A stretch of DNA of 64,000 nucleotides from a virus (lineage: Duplodnaviria > Caudoviricetes). Location of the stretch: IMG/VR virus record IMGVR_UViG_3300020112_001004, positions 32,001-96,000 of that record; one strand, written 5' to 3'. Position numbers and translations under genes: made by a program. This document shows positions 48,001 to 57,009 of this stretch, one piece after another (the first letter of the stretch is position 1; the number at the start of each line of letters is the position of its first letter). The notes beneath the pieces are model-generated. The model did not search any database and was not told the DNA's origin. It saw nothing but the letters and a program-made list of their open reading frames with translations.

Positions 48001-49825
48001 CAATTACATTTAAACAACAATTTTTCTTTTTCGTTTTTATAAGTCTCAGATAAACATTCAATACCCCACTCTTGGCATTCTAACTTAACTCCTTCTATGG
48101 TGTAATGTTTTTTACCAGAGCATTCCGAACACTTAATCCTCCCATTTTTAACTTTATTCCATACTCTTTCAAACTGATTACCACATTTACACTTAAATTT
48201 TAGTTTGGTAAATCTGTCTATATATTTATCAGATAGACATTCTATTCCTAATTCTTTGCATTTTTCCTTTATTATTTCTATTGTTAATCTCACCTAATCA
48301 CTCCCTCCATAGCATAAAATTATAACTTAAAAACTATAAACCACTTAGTATTTCTTCTAATATTCCCCGATATTTTTTGAAAAGCATTACTGCTTAACCG
48401 ACCAACTGTTTAGTCACTATATCTGATGCGATACCTAGGTCTAAATTCCCAGCAGCTGCCAAAGCTACCACTGAATCAAGGGCTGCCAACTGTTTGGAAC
48501 TATCCCAACCAGCCATACCCATATAGTACAATGCCTCCAATGTTGTTACCCTATAGGCTTTTTGTCCTATAGCTCTTATAGTTTCCTATAAGTTCGGCAT
48601 ATATCATCTTCCCAGTGGGAAGTCGAGCACTCGTGGATTACTACTTGTTGGTAGTAAATAGTAAAACTATAACATTATATTCTTTTTATATTTAATATAA
48701 AAAGTTTCAGTTTCTATGCTCTACACTACTAAATACTTTTTAATTTATTTAGTTAGCTCGGTATCACCATATAATATTATATACACTAAAGTATAGATTA
48801 TTACTTAGGTTTCACCGATTTTGCTCGATTGTTCGATATACATTACTGTATAAAGGGGCAATTCTACCCGCTTGAGTTGCACTATATTTAGTTGATGCTC
48901 CAACTCTTTTAGCAGCCGATTCTAATAGTTGCATTTCTGAAGTTGTTGCTCCAGAAACAGCTTCTACCATGCTCATTTGAGCAGTAAATTCCATCATTTC
49001 GTTTACGGCATATCCAATACCAGCCATTCCAGCACCAAAAGCTGTTGTCATAGCAGTACCAAAAGCTATAGCATTATCTCCACTTGCCTTAAGTGACCTT
49101 GCCATATCTTCAACACTACCAGCTGCTGTTTTCGCCTCACTAGTTATGCCTCTAATTGCTGTTTGGGCTTCTCTTAAATTACCTGTTTGTATGTTATTAA
49201 TTTTATCTGTAAAACTAGTAATTTCGTTCGCAGAAAGCCCTTTTAGACTTGTTACATACTCGGTTGCTTGAGTTTTCATCTGGCTTAATTGTGTGCTATT
49301 TTTAGCTAATGCACTTTCATAAGCTCTTTCTTTTTGTTCTCTAGTATTAAGTAAATTGTTGAATTGAGTTACGCTTGAGTTTAATTTTCCTCTTTCAGCC
49401 AACTCAAATCCTACTGCATTTTGTTGTTTTGTTACAGTGTCTAAAGCACCTTGTAAGTTGGTTTTATATTCTCCTGTTGCACTTATTAAATTCTTTCTAA
49501 TTGCAAACTCTTCATTTTGTAGTTTATTTAATTGTGCATATAAAGATACAATTTCATTTAATCCAGCTTTACTACCAGAAATACCGTCAGTGTCTAATTT
49601 CGAGCTGGTCGGAGTATCTGTGTTTATCCCAACATTAACATTTGCTCCAGCATCTTGTAATTCCTTAATTTTAGCCAAGGCATCGTCAAGATTCCCCATG
49701 TCCACGTCTACTGCCACAGCTATGGTTTGACCATCAAAGTTTTTGATTAAAGCCTGTAACTGGTCAGCCACACCAGCGTCATTCAACTCTACGGACACTG
49801 TTACTTTTAAATCGCCACTTGCCAT
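42033..49825 (-). CDS. Tail tape measure protein (TP901 family), six exons: 49825-48866, 48537-48412, 47169-46970, 46682-46457, 46152-46039, 45725-42033; 1772 aa after splicing
   Basis: Junctions restore TP901-type motifs: SATQAG|EALYYMGMAGW, SDIVT|DAITAMG, NAG(I)|KSTTAGQAL, GKTG|MAGLLA, IMLD|NLKGD; exon sum 5319 nt. Confidence 0.92.
45726..46038 (-). ncRNA. Group I intron 5 of tape measure gene (313 nt, ORF-less)
   Basis: Exon ends GGAU pairing with GUCC IGS; P3 CCGAGC/GUUCGG; P7 GCAUA/UAUGC; terminal G. Confidence 0.9.
46153..46456 (-). ncRNA. Group I intron 4 of tape measure gene (304 nt)
   Basis: GGGU/GCCC P1, P7 GCAUA/UAUGC, ends AAAAUUG. Confidence 0.9.
46683..46969 (-). ncRNA. Group I intron 3 of tape measure gene (287 nt, phase 2)
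   Basis: GGGAU/GUCCC P1 places the site inside an Ile codon (AT|A), which restores the frame; P7 GCAUA/UAUGC; terminal G. Confidence 0.9.
47170..48411 (-). mobile_element. Group I intron 2 of tape measure gene (1242 nt) carrying a homing endonuclease gene
   Basis: GACU/GGUC P1, canonical P7 GACUA/UAGUC, terminal G, internal ORF 47367-48293. Confidence 0.9.
47367..48293 (-). CDS. Intron-encoded endonuclease: zinc-ribbon repeats + Vsr/PD-(D/E)XK-like domain
   Basis: Three FKC.CG..W...C..C repeats; LPFDFAV..VEFDGRQHY..D..K..IKLIRI; homologous to 2627-3559. Confidence 0.85.
   Translation of the reverse strand: MRLTIEIIKEKCKELGIECLSDKYIDRFTKLKFKCKCGNQFERVWNKVKNGRIKCSECSGKKHYTIEGVKLECQEWGIECLSETYKNEKEKLLFKCNCGEIFERTWSDVKHGRQRNCLKCKGRKTRDRCVFTIEEIREKCKDLNITCLSSEYVNAKTFMRFKCKCGNEFCTTWDSVKSQNKVRCDVCTKKISFGELKILNFLQENNINFKQQYKIKECRDKKELPFDFAVFDKDNNLKLLVEFDGRQHYEPWVIGEITQEEAEENLANTKRRDNIKTQFCLDNNIKLIRIPHWDINNIETILKPYVNI
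48538..48865 (-). ncRNA. Group I intron 1 of tape measure gene (328 nt)
   Basis: GGGU/GCCC P1, P3 UCGAGC/GCUCGA, P7 GCAUA/UAUGC, ends ACAUUG. Confidence 0.9.
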
Positions 49826-49872
49826 TTTATCCCTCCTTTTAATCTTAGGGCTAAGCCTTAACTAGCCTAACC

Positions 49873-50292
49873 CTAGCCAACTTCAAATCCAGCAGATTCC
49901 AATGCTTCCCTAACAATATCCACGTGCTTGGTTCCCATTTCATCTACTGTAGCAGATATAAAGTCTCTCGGAGGTACATTAATCCAATGATAACCAGTAG
50001 CATATAAGATTATATCGTCCAGTCTTCTTCCATTAAATCTACCCACTGTATTATTTACTAAATTCATTTCATACCCGTTTCCTCCTCCAGAAACAGATAC
50101 GTTAAAGTTACCCATATCTGAGAAACCACCACCGTCCATACGTCTACCATAATAGTCATTAACTGGAGTATATGCTCCATATACAGAAGAATGAACAGCT
50201 TTATTGTGTGCTTCTTTTAATGCTTTTTCCATATTACCTTGTGTAGAGTCTATTGTTTTTCTTATTTTATCTAAGATTTGTTCTATATCCAT
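49873..50292 (-). CDS. Tail-module protein
   Basis: Directly before TMP; VY..YTP..Y.R and PRDFI motifs. Confidence 0.55.
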   Translation of the reverse strand: MDIEQILDKIRKTIDSTQGNMEKALKEAHNKAVHSSVYGAYTPVNDYYGRRMDGGGFSDMGNFNVSVSGGGNGYEMNLVNNTVGRFNGRRLDDIILYATGYHWINVPPRDFISATVDEMGTKHVDIVREALESAGFEVG

Positions 50293-50942
50293 TATTCACC
50301 CTTCTCTTCGGCTCTTTTAATTTGATTTTGCATTCTAGCTAAAATTTCTTCTGGAGTTTCTCCTCTTTTTCTTCTTTTTGGTTTTGGTGTTGGTTTAATA
50401 GATTCTTGTTTAGCAATTTGTTCTTCTTTGTTCTTTTTTCTGTTTTGTTCTTTAACTATTTCTTTATTTACTTTTTCAAAATCTTCTAGAAGCTTTTTGT
50501 CCTTAGATTTAGTTTCCTCTATACTGTCAACGATTTCTTGTAAAAACTCCTTGTAAGTTTCTGAGCACATAACTCCTAAAACCTTTATAGCTGTTTCTAA
50601 TAGAACACTAGGGTTTAAAGATACTTGAGCCAATATCAATCCCCTGTTTTCATCTTGAGGGAATTCTATATCACTAACCCTTTCTAGTAGGTCTAATATT
50701 TCTAAATTTTTTGTTTGAATTATTAGCTCTGCATTTTCTTCGTCTACCTTTTTTGGGGCAAAAATTTGTCTTGCTATTTGTTTATCGGCTGGTTGAAATT
50801 CATATATCATTATTTTTTCTTCTATATCTGCATACTTATCAAAGTCCTTATCAACAACTAAAATATTGCTTTTATCTTTTTGTACTATTAAGTATTTAAT
50901 TCTTCTTTCTTCTTTTTTTGCTATTAAGTCTATTAATTGCAT
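50292..50942 (-). CDS. Putative tail assembly chaperone
   Basis: Position between major tail gene and TMP. Confidence 0.45.
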   Translation of the reverse strand: MQLIDLIAKKEERRIKYLIVQKDKSNILVVDKDFDKYADIEEKIMIYEFQPADKQIARQIFAPKKVDEENAELIIQTKNLEILDLLERVSDIEFPQDENRGLILAQVSLNPSVLLETAIKVLGVMCSETYKEFLQEIVDSIEETKSKDKKLLEDFEKVNKEIVKEQNRKKNKEEQIAKQESIKPTPKPKRRKRGETPEEILARMQNQIKRAEEKGE

Positions 50943-50973
50943 AAAAAATATCCCTTCCTTGTTTGAAATTTGG

Positions 50974-51002
50974 TAAAAAAAATAGGGGATAAATCCCCTA
51001 AA
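50974..51002 (-). terminator. Terminator-like hairpin after major tail gene
   Basis: TAGGGGA-TTTA-TCCCCTA then T-tract on the minus strand. Confidence 0.65.
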
Positions 51003-51034
51003 TATGTATAAAAGGAGAGATTGCTCTCCTTTTC

Positions 51035-51790
51035 TTATGCGTCTACTCTTTCACTTAAGTAAATTTTTCCTAAGCTACCATCATTACCAGCTAGAACGGT
51101 AAACTCATATTTAGAGTTGTTACCAGTTCTTTCAGCACTCATGGAAGAACTAAAGTCAGCACTCATCTTTACAGATGGGAATTCATAAGTTAAATCAACT
51201 ACTTTTTTATCTTCTGTAGAAATTATATAAGTTGTTAAATACATAGCTACACCACTTGGGAAGTTGTTAGCGTTAATTTCTATTATTTCAGTCTTATCAC
51301 TTGTTATAGCTTCATAGACTACTCTAACTTTATCGTTTTCTGCTACATCTTCTAAAGTTAATTCTTTAGCGTCTCCTTCGAATGCTATTTCTCCATCTTT
51401 AGTGTAAACCTTTAATAATCCACCAACAACTCTTTCGCAATCTATGGTTACTTTATTTTGAGCATCTACGATTTTAGATTCAATTCTAACTGTCTTTCCT
51501 GCTCCTTTTATAACCTTAGCTCCGTTTTGTCTAGCTAATAGCTCATAATTAAACACTGGTGTTTCTGCGCTTACTTTTATTTCTTTAGAAGAAGATAATG
51601 TAGCTATTACACCATTACCTTTACCACCTTGTATGTTTATGCTAGAAGTTGATTGAGTTATTTCTGAACTTACTAGTTTGTCAGCTACTATTATTTCGTT
51701 AGTATCTCTGTCTATTATGATTAAGTCATAGATGTCTGTTTGTAAATAGTTATTATAGTTACTATTTAATAAGCTTTGTACTGTTCCCAT
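51035..51790 (-). CDS. Major tail tube protein (probable)
   Basis: IQGGKGN, beta-rich, F.VL terminus; position in tail module. Confidence 0.65.
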   Translation of the reverse strand: MGTVQSLLNSNYNNYLQTDIYDLIIIDRDTNEIIVADKLVSSEITQSTSSINIQGGKGNGVIATLSSSKEIKVSAETPVFNYELLARQNGAKVIKGAGKTVRIESKIVDAQNKVTIDCERVVGGLLKVYTKDGEIAFEGDAKELTLEDVAENDKVRVVYEAITSDKTEIIEINANNFPSGVAMYLTTYIISTEDKKVVDLTYEFPSVKMSADFSSSMSAERTGNNSKYEFTVLAGNDGSLGKIYLSERVDA

Positions 51791-51818
51791 TTTATTATTC
51801 CTCTCTTAAATTATTTTT

Positions 51819-52568
51819 TTATATAAGAGTTCCACCAAATTTCTTTAATAGACCCTTATCTTCTTCGGGGATTAGTTCTATTCCACCCGATAAATTTGGT
51901 ATGGTTACTCCTTTTGTTCCCACTACACAAGCAAAAGCCACCATATCCTCGTGGGAACTTATCTGATGTATTCTCATAAAATCAGACATAATTTGATAAT
52001 ATGTTTCTTGCGCCAACATACTATAACTATTTCCTGTTTTTATTCTTATAGTAGAAATAACATCTTCTATAGTGATGTTGTCTCCACCATTTTTCCTCTT
52101 GTGGACTTCTCTAACTTCTTTCATTAAGTTTTCTATAGTCTCTGAACCGTAGGAAATTTTTTTAGGTATTAAATTTTGTTCCATTACAACAATTCTAAAT
52201 TCGTCGTAATTATTTTTATCTATTATTATATTATTTTTAATTAAGAATTTTTCTCCATCATACACTATTTCATTGTCCTTAAGTTTTAAACTCATAGCCA
52301 TAACCATCATGATACAGTTTATTTTATATCTAATTATTTTATCATCATCATAGCCTAACTCGTATAAAATATCTATTACATTATCTTCTACTTCTCCGAA
52401 TATAACTGCCTCTAAGTTGGTTTCATATTCACAATCATAAACACTTTCCTTGGAGTATTTAAGAATCCAACTGTACTGTGAAAACTTTTCATAATCTGTT
52501 ATTAGTATTGGATAAACTAATCCTATACCTTGTATTTTCCTAGGTTGTCCTAAAAGGTCACATAACAT
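51819..52568 (-). CDS. Conserved tail-module hypothetical protein
   Basis: NYDEFR.VVMEQN, TYYQ motifs; synteny. Confidence 0.5.
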   Translation of the reverse strand: MLCDLLGQPRKIQGIGLVYPILITDYEKFSQYSWILKYSKESVYDCEYETNLEAVIFGEVEDNVIDILYELGYDDDKIIRYKINCIMMVMAMSLKLKDNEIVYDGEKFLIKNNIIIDKNNYDEFRIVVMEQNLIPKKISYGSETIENLMKEVREVHKRKNGGDNITIEDVISTIRIKTGNSYSMLAQETYYQIMSDFMRIHQISSHEDMVAFACVVGTKGVTIPNLSGGIELIPEEDKGLLKKFGGTLI

Positions 52569-53128
52569 TACAATCTTACTCCATTAAAATTCATACTAGG
52601 GGTAACTATCTCGAAAAACAGAGTTAATCCAACAAAATCTGGCTGTTTGCTAATTCTATAGTGCTGATGTTTTTTAAGTTCTGCCTTAGAAGCCCCAACA
52701 ATCTCTTTCTTATCTAATAAGGCTGTTACATAGGCTGCTAATTGTAACAAGCGCTCTTGACCCAAGCCTTCTACATTAGCATTTTCTTTAGTAGGGCAAA
52801 CTATATCTATCGCATAACTGTTTTTAGAGAACTCTTGTTCAAAAGTACCTTCTGCGATATGAATTAAAATTAAAGGCGTAGCAGTTTCAACAATTTTGCC
52901 ATAATCCATACGGGGTATAATACTTTTTTCTATAAGAGAATCTTCTATATCGTCCTGTTTTATAAAAGTTCCATCACCCAGTCTAGCCCTTTTGGCGTTT
53001 GGGCAGTCTGTCATATATGTTAAATATCTCTTTATTTCTTGACATTCATCTATCCTTTTAACAATCTCATTTTTAAAGGCTATTACTCTGGCAAATATAT
53101 TTTCTTCAGCACTTAGTTCAATTCCCAT
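52568..53128 (-). CDS. Putative tail terminator/completion protein
   Basis: Size and synteny. Confidence 0.45.
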   Translation of the reverse strand: MGIELSAEENIFARVIAFKNEIVKRIDECQEIKRYLTYMTDCPNAKRARLGDGTFIKQDDIEDSLIEKSIIPRMDYGKIVETATPLILIHIAEGTFEQEFSKNSYAIDIVCPTKENANVEGLGQERLLQLAAYVTALLDKKEIVGASKAELKKHQHYRISKQPDFVGLTLFFEIVTPSMNFNGVRL

Positions 53129-53130
53129 TT

Positions 53131-54093
53131 TTATACCTCCTTGATTAATATATCCTTGAATCCAACTACTTCTCCTTCTCTTTCAACTATTAGTTGTACG
53201 TATTGTCTTTTCTTTTTACCTTTTATTTTACAAGTTTTACTGTCTAACACTTCAATAGATGCCAACTCTTCATCGTCCAACCTAAATGTTAACCCTTCTA
53301 AATTAACCTTGTATATGCCCTCTTTTATAATACTATCTTCTCCGATTATGCTTACTTCTTCCACCTCTTTGTGCAACTCTTTCTTCTCTCCATTAAAAGC
53401 TAACATGTTTTCTATATCATCTTCTTCAACCAAAACCCCTTGCTTGGCGAAAATAGTAACCTTACTAACTGGTGCACAGTCAATTAGTTCTATTTCATAA
53501 GCTTTAGCAGTGTTTAAATGAGGCAATAATATTCTTTGCCCTTCTCTAAAATACTTTTTGGCTATTTCCATTCTTACCTCAAATATCAGCTTTGAATCTG
53601 TATAGTCAATTATTAAACTAGCTCTCTCATGGATCTCATTTGAATAGTTTTGCATTTTGGAAGAAGAGTGTCTTGAACGAATAGGAATACCTACTATCTT
53701 ACCATCGCTTAATACATTCACCTTGTTATTACATGGTGTTACTTTAAATTTTTTGTGCGATGGAACAGCCAATCCTTCCTCTAAAGTGACCATCCAGATA
53801 GTACCCTCTTTACAAAAAGAAGCTTCTTCAAAGACAACATAATCCCCTATATTTAGTTTTGAGTCTGGTAGTGTGGTAATATATTTTTCATCACCGTAGT
53901 TGTTTTCTGCATTCAAATCTATTACAGCACATTTACCTTGTATTGTTTCATCTTCTAAATTTTTATAAATAGAAACATTAGGTGTAGAATCTAAATAGAG
54001 TTTAAAATCCTCTATCATCTGCTGGGTTACAGAGTCTTTATCGTTTAAACCAGAGCCACTATTTCTAGCTCTCCATCTATCCATATATCCCAA
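53131..54093 (-). CDS. Putative head closure/neck protein
   Basis: Synteny; IGDYV..WMV..CN motif. Confidence 0.45.
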   Translation of the reverse strand: MGYMDRWRARNSGSGLNDKDSVTQQMIEDFKLYLDSTPNVSIYKNLEDETIQGKCAVIDLNAENNYGDEKYITTLPDSKLNIGDYVVFEEASFCKEGTIWMVTLEEGLAVPSHKKFKVTPCNNKVNVLSDGKIVGIPIRSRHSSSKMQNYSNEIHERASLIIDYTDSKLIFEVRMEIAKKYFREGQRILLPHLNTAKAYEIELIDCAPVSKVTIFAKQGVLVEEDDIENMLAFNGEKKELHKEVEEVSIIGEDSIIKEGIYKVNLEGLTFRLDDEELASIEVLDSKTCKIKGKKKRQYVQLIVEREGEVVGFKDILIKEV

Positions 54094-54101
54094 CTCAACA
54101 C

Positions 54102-54518
54102 CTACTTTCTATTAAATTTCTTTTTAAATTTTTCTGTAGAATATCTACTTAAAAAGTAGTGAAAATCTTTACTTGCGTCTTCTTTAAGTTCTCTCATAGC
54201 TGATATGAACTTAGCTTGAGAAAATATACTGTAATCTTTGTCAGAAACCCTGTTTCTCATGTTATCGGCATTCAATATCTTTGGAGTTATCCATTCCAAT
54301 ACCATACCCAAGGAAATTAAATCTTTCTCTAGGTATGTTAGTTCTCTATTAAAACTATCCCCCACTATATCAACGTCATCTATGGGAATACATCTCCCTA
54401 GAGATACTTGCACATACATGTCTAGCTGTTCTAACATTTCCTCTTCTGCCATTAAGGCTAAATCTCTATCTTTTATTCTACTTAAAAACAATTCATAAAC
54501 TTCTATTAAAGTAGTCAT
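54102..54518 (-). CDS. Putative head-tail adaptor
   Basis: T...VY..FL..I.D, KDY..FSQA motifs; synteny. Confidence 0.5.
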   Translation of the reverse strand: MTTLIEVYELFLSRIKDRDLALMAEEEMLEQLDMYVQVSLGRCIPIDDVDIVGDSFNRELTYLEKDLISLGMVLEWITPKILNADNMRNRVSDKDYSIFSQAKFISAMRELKEDASKDFHYFLSRYSTEKFKKKFNRK

Positions 54519-54529
54519 TATAGCACTTC

Positions 54530-55246
54530 CTATCTAGCGTCTAAGAGTGACTTCCCAAGAATCTCTTCTAGTTCTTGTATCATATAGATATTGCCGTAGC
54601 CTTCTTCTTTGTATTTTCTATATACCATACTAGCCACTAGTTCTTTATATAGATTAGTAGACTTATTTAATATTCTTTTAATTTCTTCAACGTCATAGTC
54701 TAATAACTCTTCTATTGGTATCATTCTTTCTTCCACGTCTCTAAGGTTTAAATAATCTTTTAACATTTCGATGATTTTTCCGTCCATAGAATCTTCGACC
54801 ATAACTAATTCCGGAGTTGTAAGGTAAGCCTTGCTTCTGCTGTGAAGAGATAACACTTCCCCAACTGTTAAAGTTTCTTCTGCTCCAGATTCGTCCCAAT
54901 AATACTCGCTCTCTGTTTTTTTATCTTTATAGACAACTTTTCCATTAACGATAGACATTAAAGTCACTGACTCTTTTGCTAATTTGTTTAAATCTTGGCG
55001 TGTTACTCTTGCCTTCTTTTTTACTTCTTTGCTAACCTTTTTTATTGCTTCATTCTTTTCTTCTTCTTCTTTTTCTGACTGCCCTTGTAAGACCCCTTGA
55101 ATCATAGCCCCCAACATTGGTGTCATGGCTTCTAATACACCCTTTATTATTTCTTGAGTGTCTACGTTGGCATTTTTATTACTCTTAGAATCTGCTTCTC
55201 CTGTCTTTTTTGTTGTTCTTTTTTTTGTTGTTTTATTTTCTTCCAT
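54530..55246 (-). CDS. Head-module hypothetical protein
   Basis: Follows capsid gene. Confidence 0.55.
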   Translation of the reverse strand: MEENKTTKKRTTKKTGEADSKSNKNANVDTQEIIKGVLEAMTPMLGAMIQGVLQGQSEKEEEEKNEAIKKVSKEVKKKARVTRQDLNKLAKESVTLMSIVNGKVVYKDKKTESEYYWDESGAEETLTVGEVLSLHSRSKAYLTTPELVMVEDSMDGKIIEMLKDYLNLRDVEERMIPIEELLDYDVEEIKRILNKSTNLYKELVASMVYRKYKEEGYGNIYMIQELEEILGKSLLDAR

Positions 55247-55311
55247 AAAATCCTCCTATAATATCTTGTGGGTATGAAGCCACTCCAATATTACAGGAGT
55301 GGGATTCAATA

Positions 55312-56331
55312 CTATTGTAATACTATTTTACCCATCATTTTATTGTAAACAACTTCAGCACCCATCTTGTAGATAACTGTGTGTTCTATTGTTCTATCTC
55401 TGTTTTCTGGAGCGTCAGAAGTGTCTAAAACTTCTACTTGTCCTTCTGTAACTAATTTAACTAATTTATCATTACCTGTTAAAATATATAATTCATCGTT
55501 TGGTAATATGAATACGTCTTCACCCTTTTTGTGAACTTGTGGTAATTCAACGCATTCTACACCTTGCCATATAGGTAATACACCTTTGTTGTTTAAAGTG
55601 TTCTTCATATCGTCAGAGTAAGCGATGTGTTGTATATCTTGTAATTTTCTTAAAGCAACTCTAGTACCAACTATTCTAGCTTTTTGTTTAGTACTAGCTT
55701 CAACATGTGCAACAACTTCTAATATCTTTTCTACGTCGTATGCTCCTGTGAATAAATAAGGAGTTGGTAATCCTGCTAAAGCTAAAGTTAAAGTAGAAAC
55801 TACTAAATTAACTTTTTCTTTTAATAAAGCTTCTGAAATTAAAGCAACGAATTGGTTGAAAGTAACTCTTCCTGCTGCAACTCTTTCAACAAATTCATAA
55901 ACCTTAATACCAAAGTTTCTCATGCTAACTCCAAATTTTTGTCCTATGTCTATTCTTTGTCTTCTGATATCGAAGTGAGAACCAGAAAATTCTGCAACTT
56001 CTAAAGCATTTTCTCCTTCAATGTAGAATTCATTAGTGTCACCTAAAGCTAAGTTTCTTTCTTCAACGAAAGATAACCAGAAAGCGTCAACCTCTTTTTC
56101 TCCATCTTGAATGTTTTGTTCTATAACGTCTTCTATAATGTTGAATACGATATCGCTGTGACTTCTCATAGCTCTTCTAAAAGCTTTAGCGTCGTATTTT
56201 GACATTCCTAACATATTTAATAATTCTTCTCTTAATATTTCATCTCTTTCAGCTAAAGAAATACCAGCAAATCTTGATGGTACTACTCCTTTGTAGTTTT
56301 CGTAAATTATTTGTCCAAAAGTTTTACTCAT
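55312..56331 (-). CDS. Major capsid protein
   Basis: 339 aa, FVEERNLALGDTNEFY, HFDIRRQR; highly expressed codon bias; synteny. Confidence 0.75.
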   Translation of the reverse strand: MSKTFGQIIYENYKGVVPSRFAGISLAERDEILREELLNMLGMSKYDAKAFRRAMRSHSDIVFNIIEDVIEQNIQDGEKEVDAFWLSFVEERNLALGDTNEFYIEGENALEVAEFSGSHFDIRRQRIDIGQKFGVSMRNFGIKVYEFVERVAAGRVTFNQFVALISEALLKEKVNLVVSTLTLALAGLPTPYLFTGAYDVEKILEVVAHVEASTKQKARIVGTRVALRKLQDIQHIAYSDDMKNTLNNKGVLPIWQGVECVELPQVHKKGEDVFILPNDELYILTGNDKLVKLVTEGQVEVLDTSDAPENRDRTIEHTVIYKMGAEVVYNKMMGKIVLQ

Positions 56332-56380
56332 AATTATTAATCCCCTCTATCGTTTTTAAATTATTTTTTTCTCTATATTA

Positions 56381-56965
56381 TTAAGCTATGATTACTTCTA
56401 AAGAAACCATTTTGTAAGGTGCTGGTTTTCTAACAGCTTTTCCAGTTACTTTGTCGTAAACAACTGTTACAGCTTTGCTAGAATCTTTGATTTGGATAAC
56501 TTTAAAGTTAACTTGTCCTGCTACTACAGCATTAGTTTTTTCAAGTTGAGCACCTTCTGCTAAAGTAGCGTTTATTTTAACTACGTCCCCAACTTTTAAT
56601 CCTGCTATTCCACCAACGAAATAATCTTCAGAAAATCCTAATACGTCGTGGTTTGATAATATAACACAAGCAAGTGGAGCACCTTCTCTGTTTCTGAAAT
56701 CTCCTAAAGCTCTATCAACTCTTGAATCGTCTTTGTAGTTAATTTCTGGCATTTGCACTACTGCAATTTCTGTTCCCTCTGGAGCTAATGCAACATGTAT
56801 TTCTCTTTCAGCTACTTTGTTTGGAGTAGTTTCAGCTAATTCCATGTCTCCTAATTTTACTAAAGTTCCGTTAGGTAAAGCCATAGCCTCCTCTGGACGG
56901 CAAGTCATCATTCTTACTCTTAAATTTGCGATATTTTCGCTATCAAATCTTAAATATTTACTCAT
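56381..56965 (-). CDS. Head decoration/capsid-associated protein
   Basis: Between protease/scaffold and capsid genes; NG.LV.LG motif. Confidence 0.55.
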   Translation of the reverse strand: MSKYLRFDSENIANLRVRMMTCRPEEAMALPNGTLVKLGDMELAETTPNKVAEREIHVALAPEGTEIAVVQMPEINYKDDSRVDRALGDFRNREGAPLACVILSNHDVLGFSEDYFVGGIAGLKVGDVVKINATLAEGAQLEKTNAVVAGQVNFKVIQIKDSSKAVTVVYDKVTGKAVRKPAPYKMVSLEVIIA

Positions 56966-57009
56966 GAATATAATCTCCCTTTTTTAAATTATTTTTTTTT
57001 AATTTGTTT

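Noticed and set aside
45726-48865. Tape-measure gene as a decayed pseudogene or assembly error
   Set aside because: All five interruptions have group I hallmarks and their exact removal restores the frame and conserved motifs.
49873-50942. Programmed frameshift in tail chaperone genes
   Set aside because: The genes simply overlap stop/start and no convincing slippery site was identified.
55263-55304. Additional hairpin-TACATA copies after the capsid gene (and near 35422)
   Set aside because: Hexamer deviates (TTCATA, TATATG), so they were not counted.
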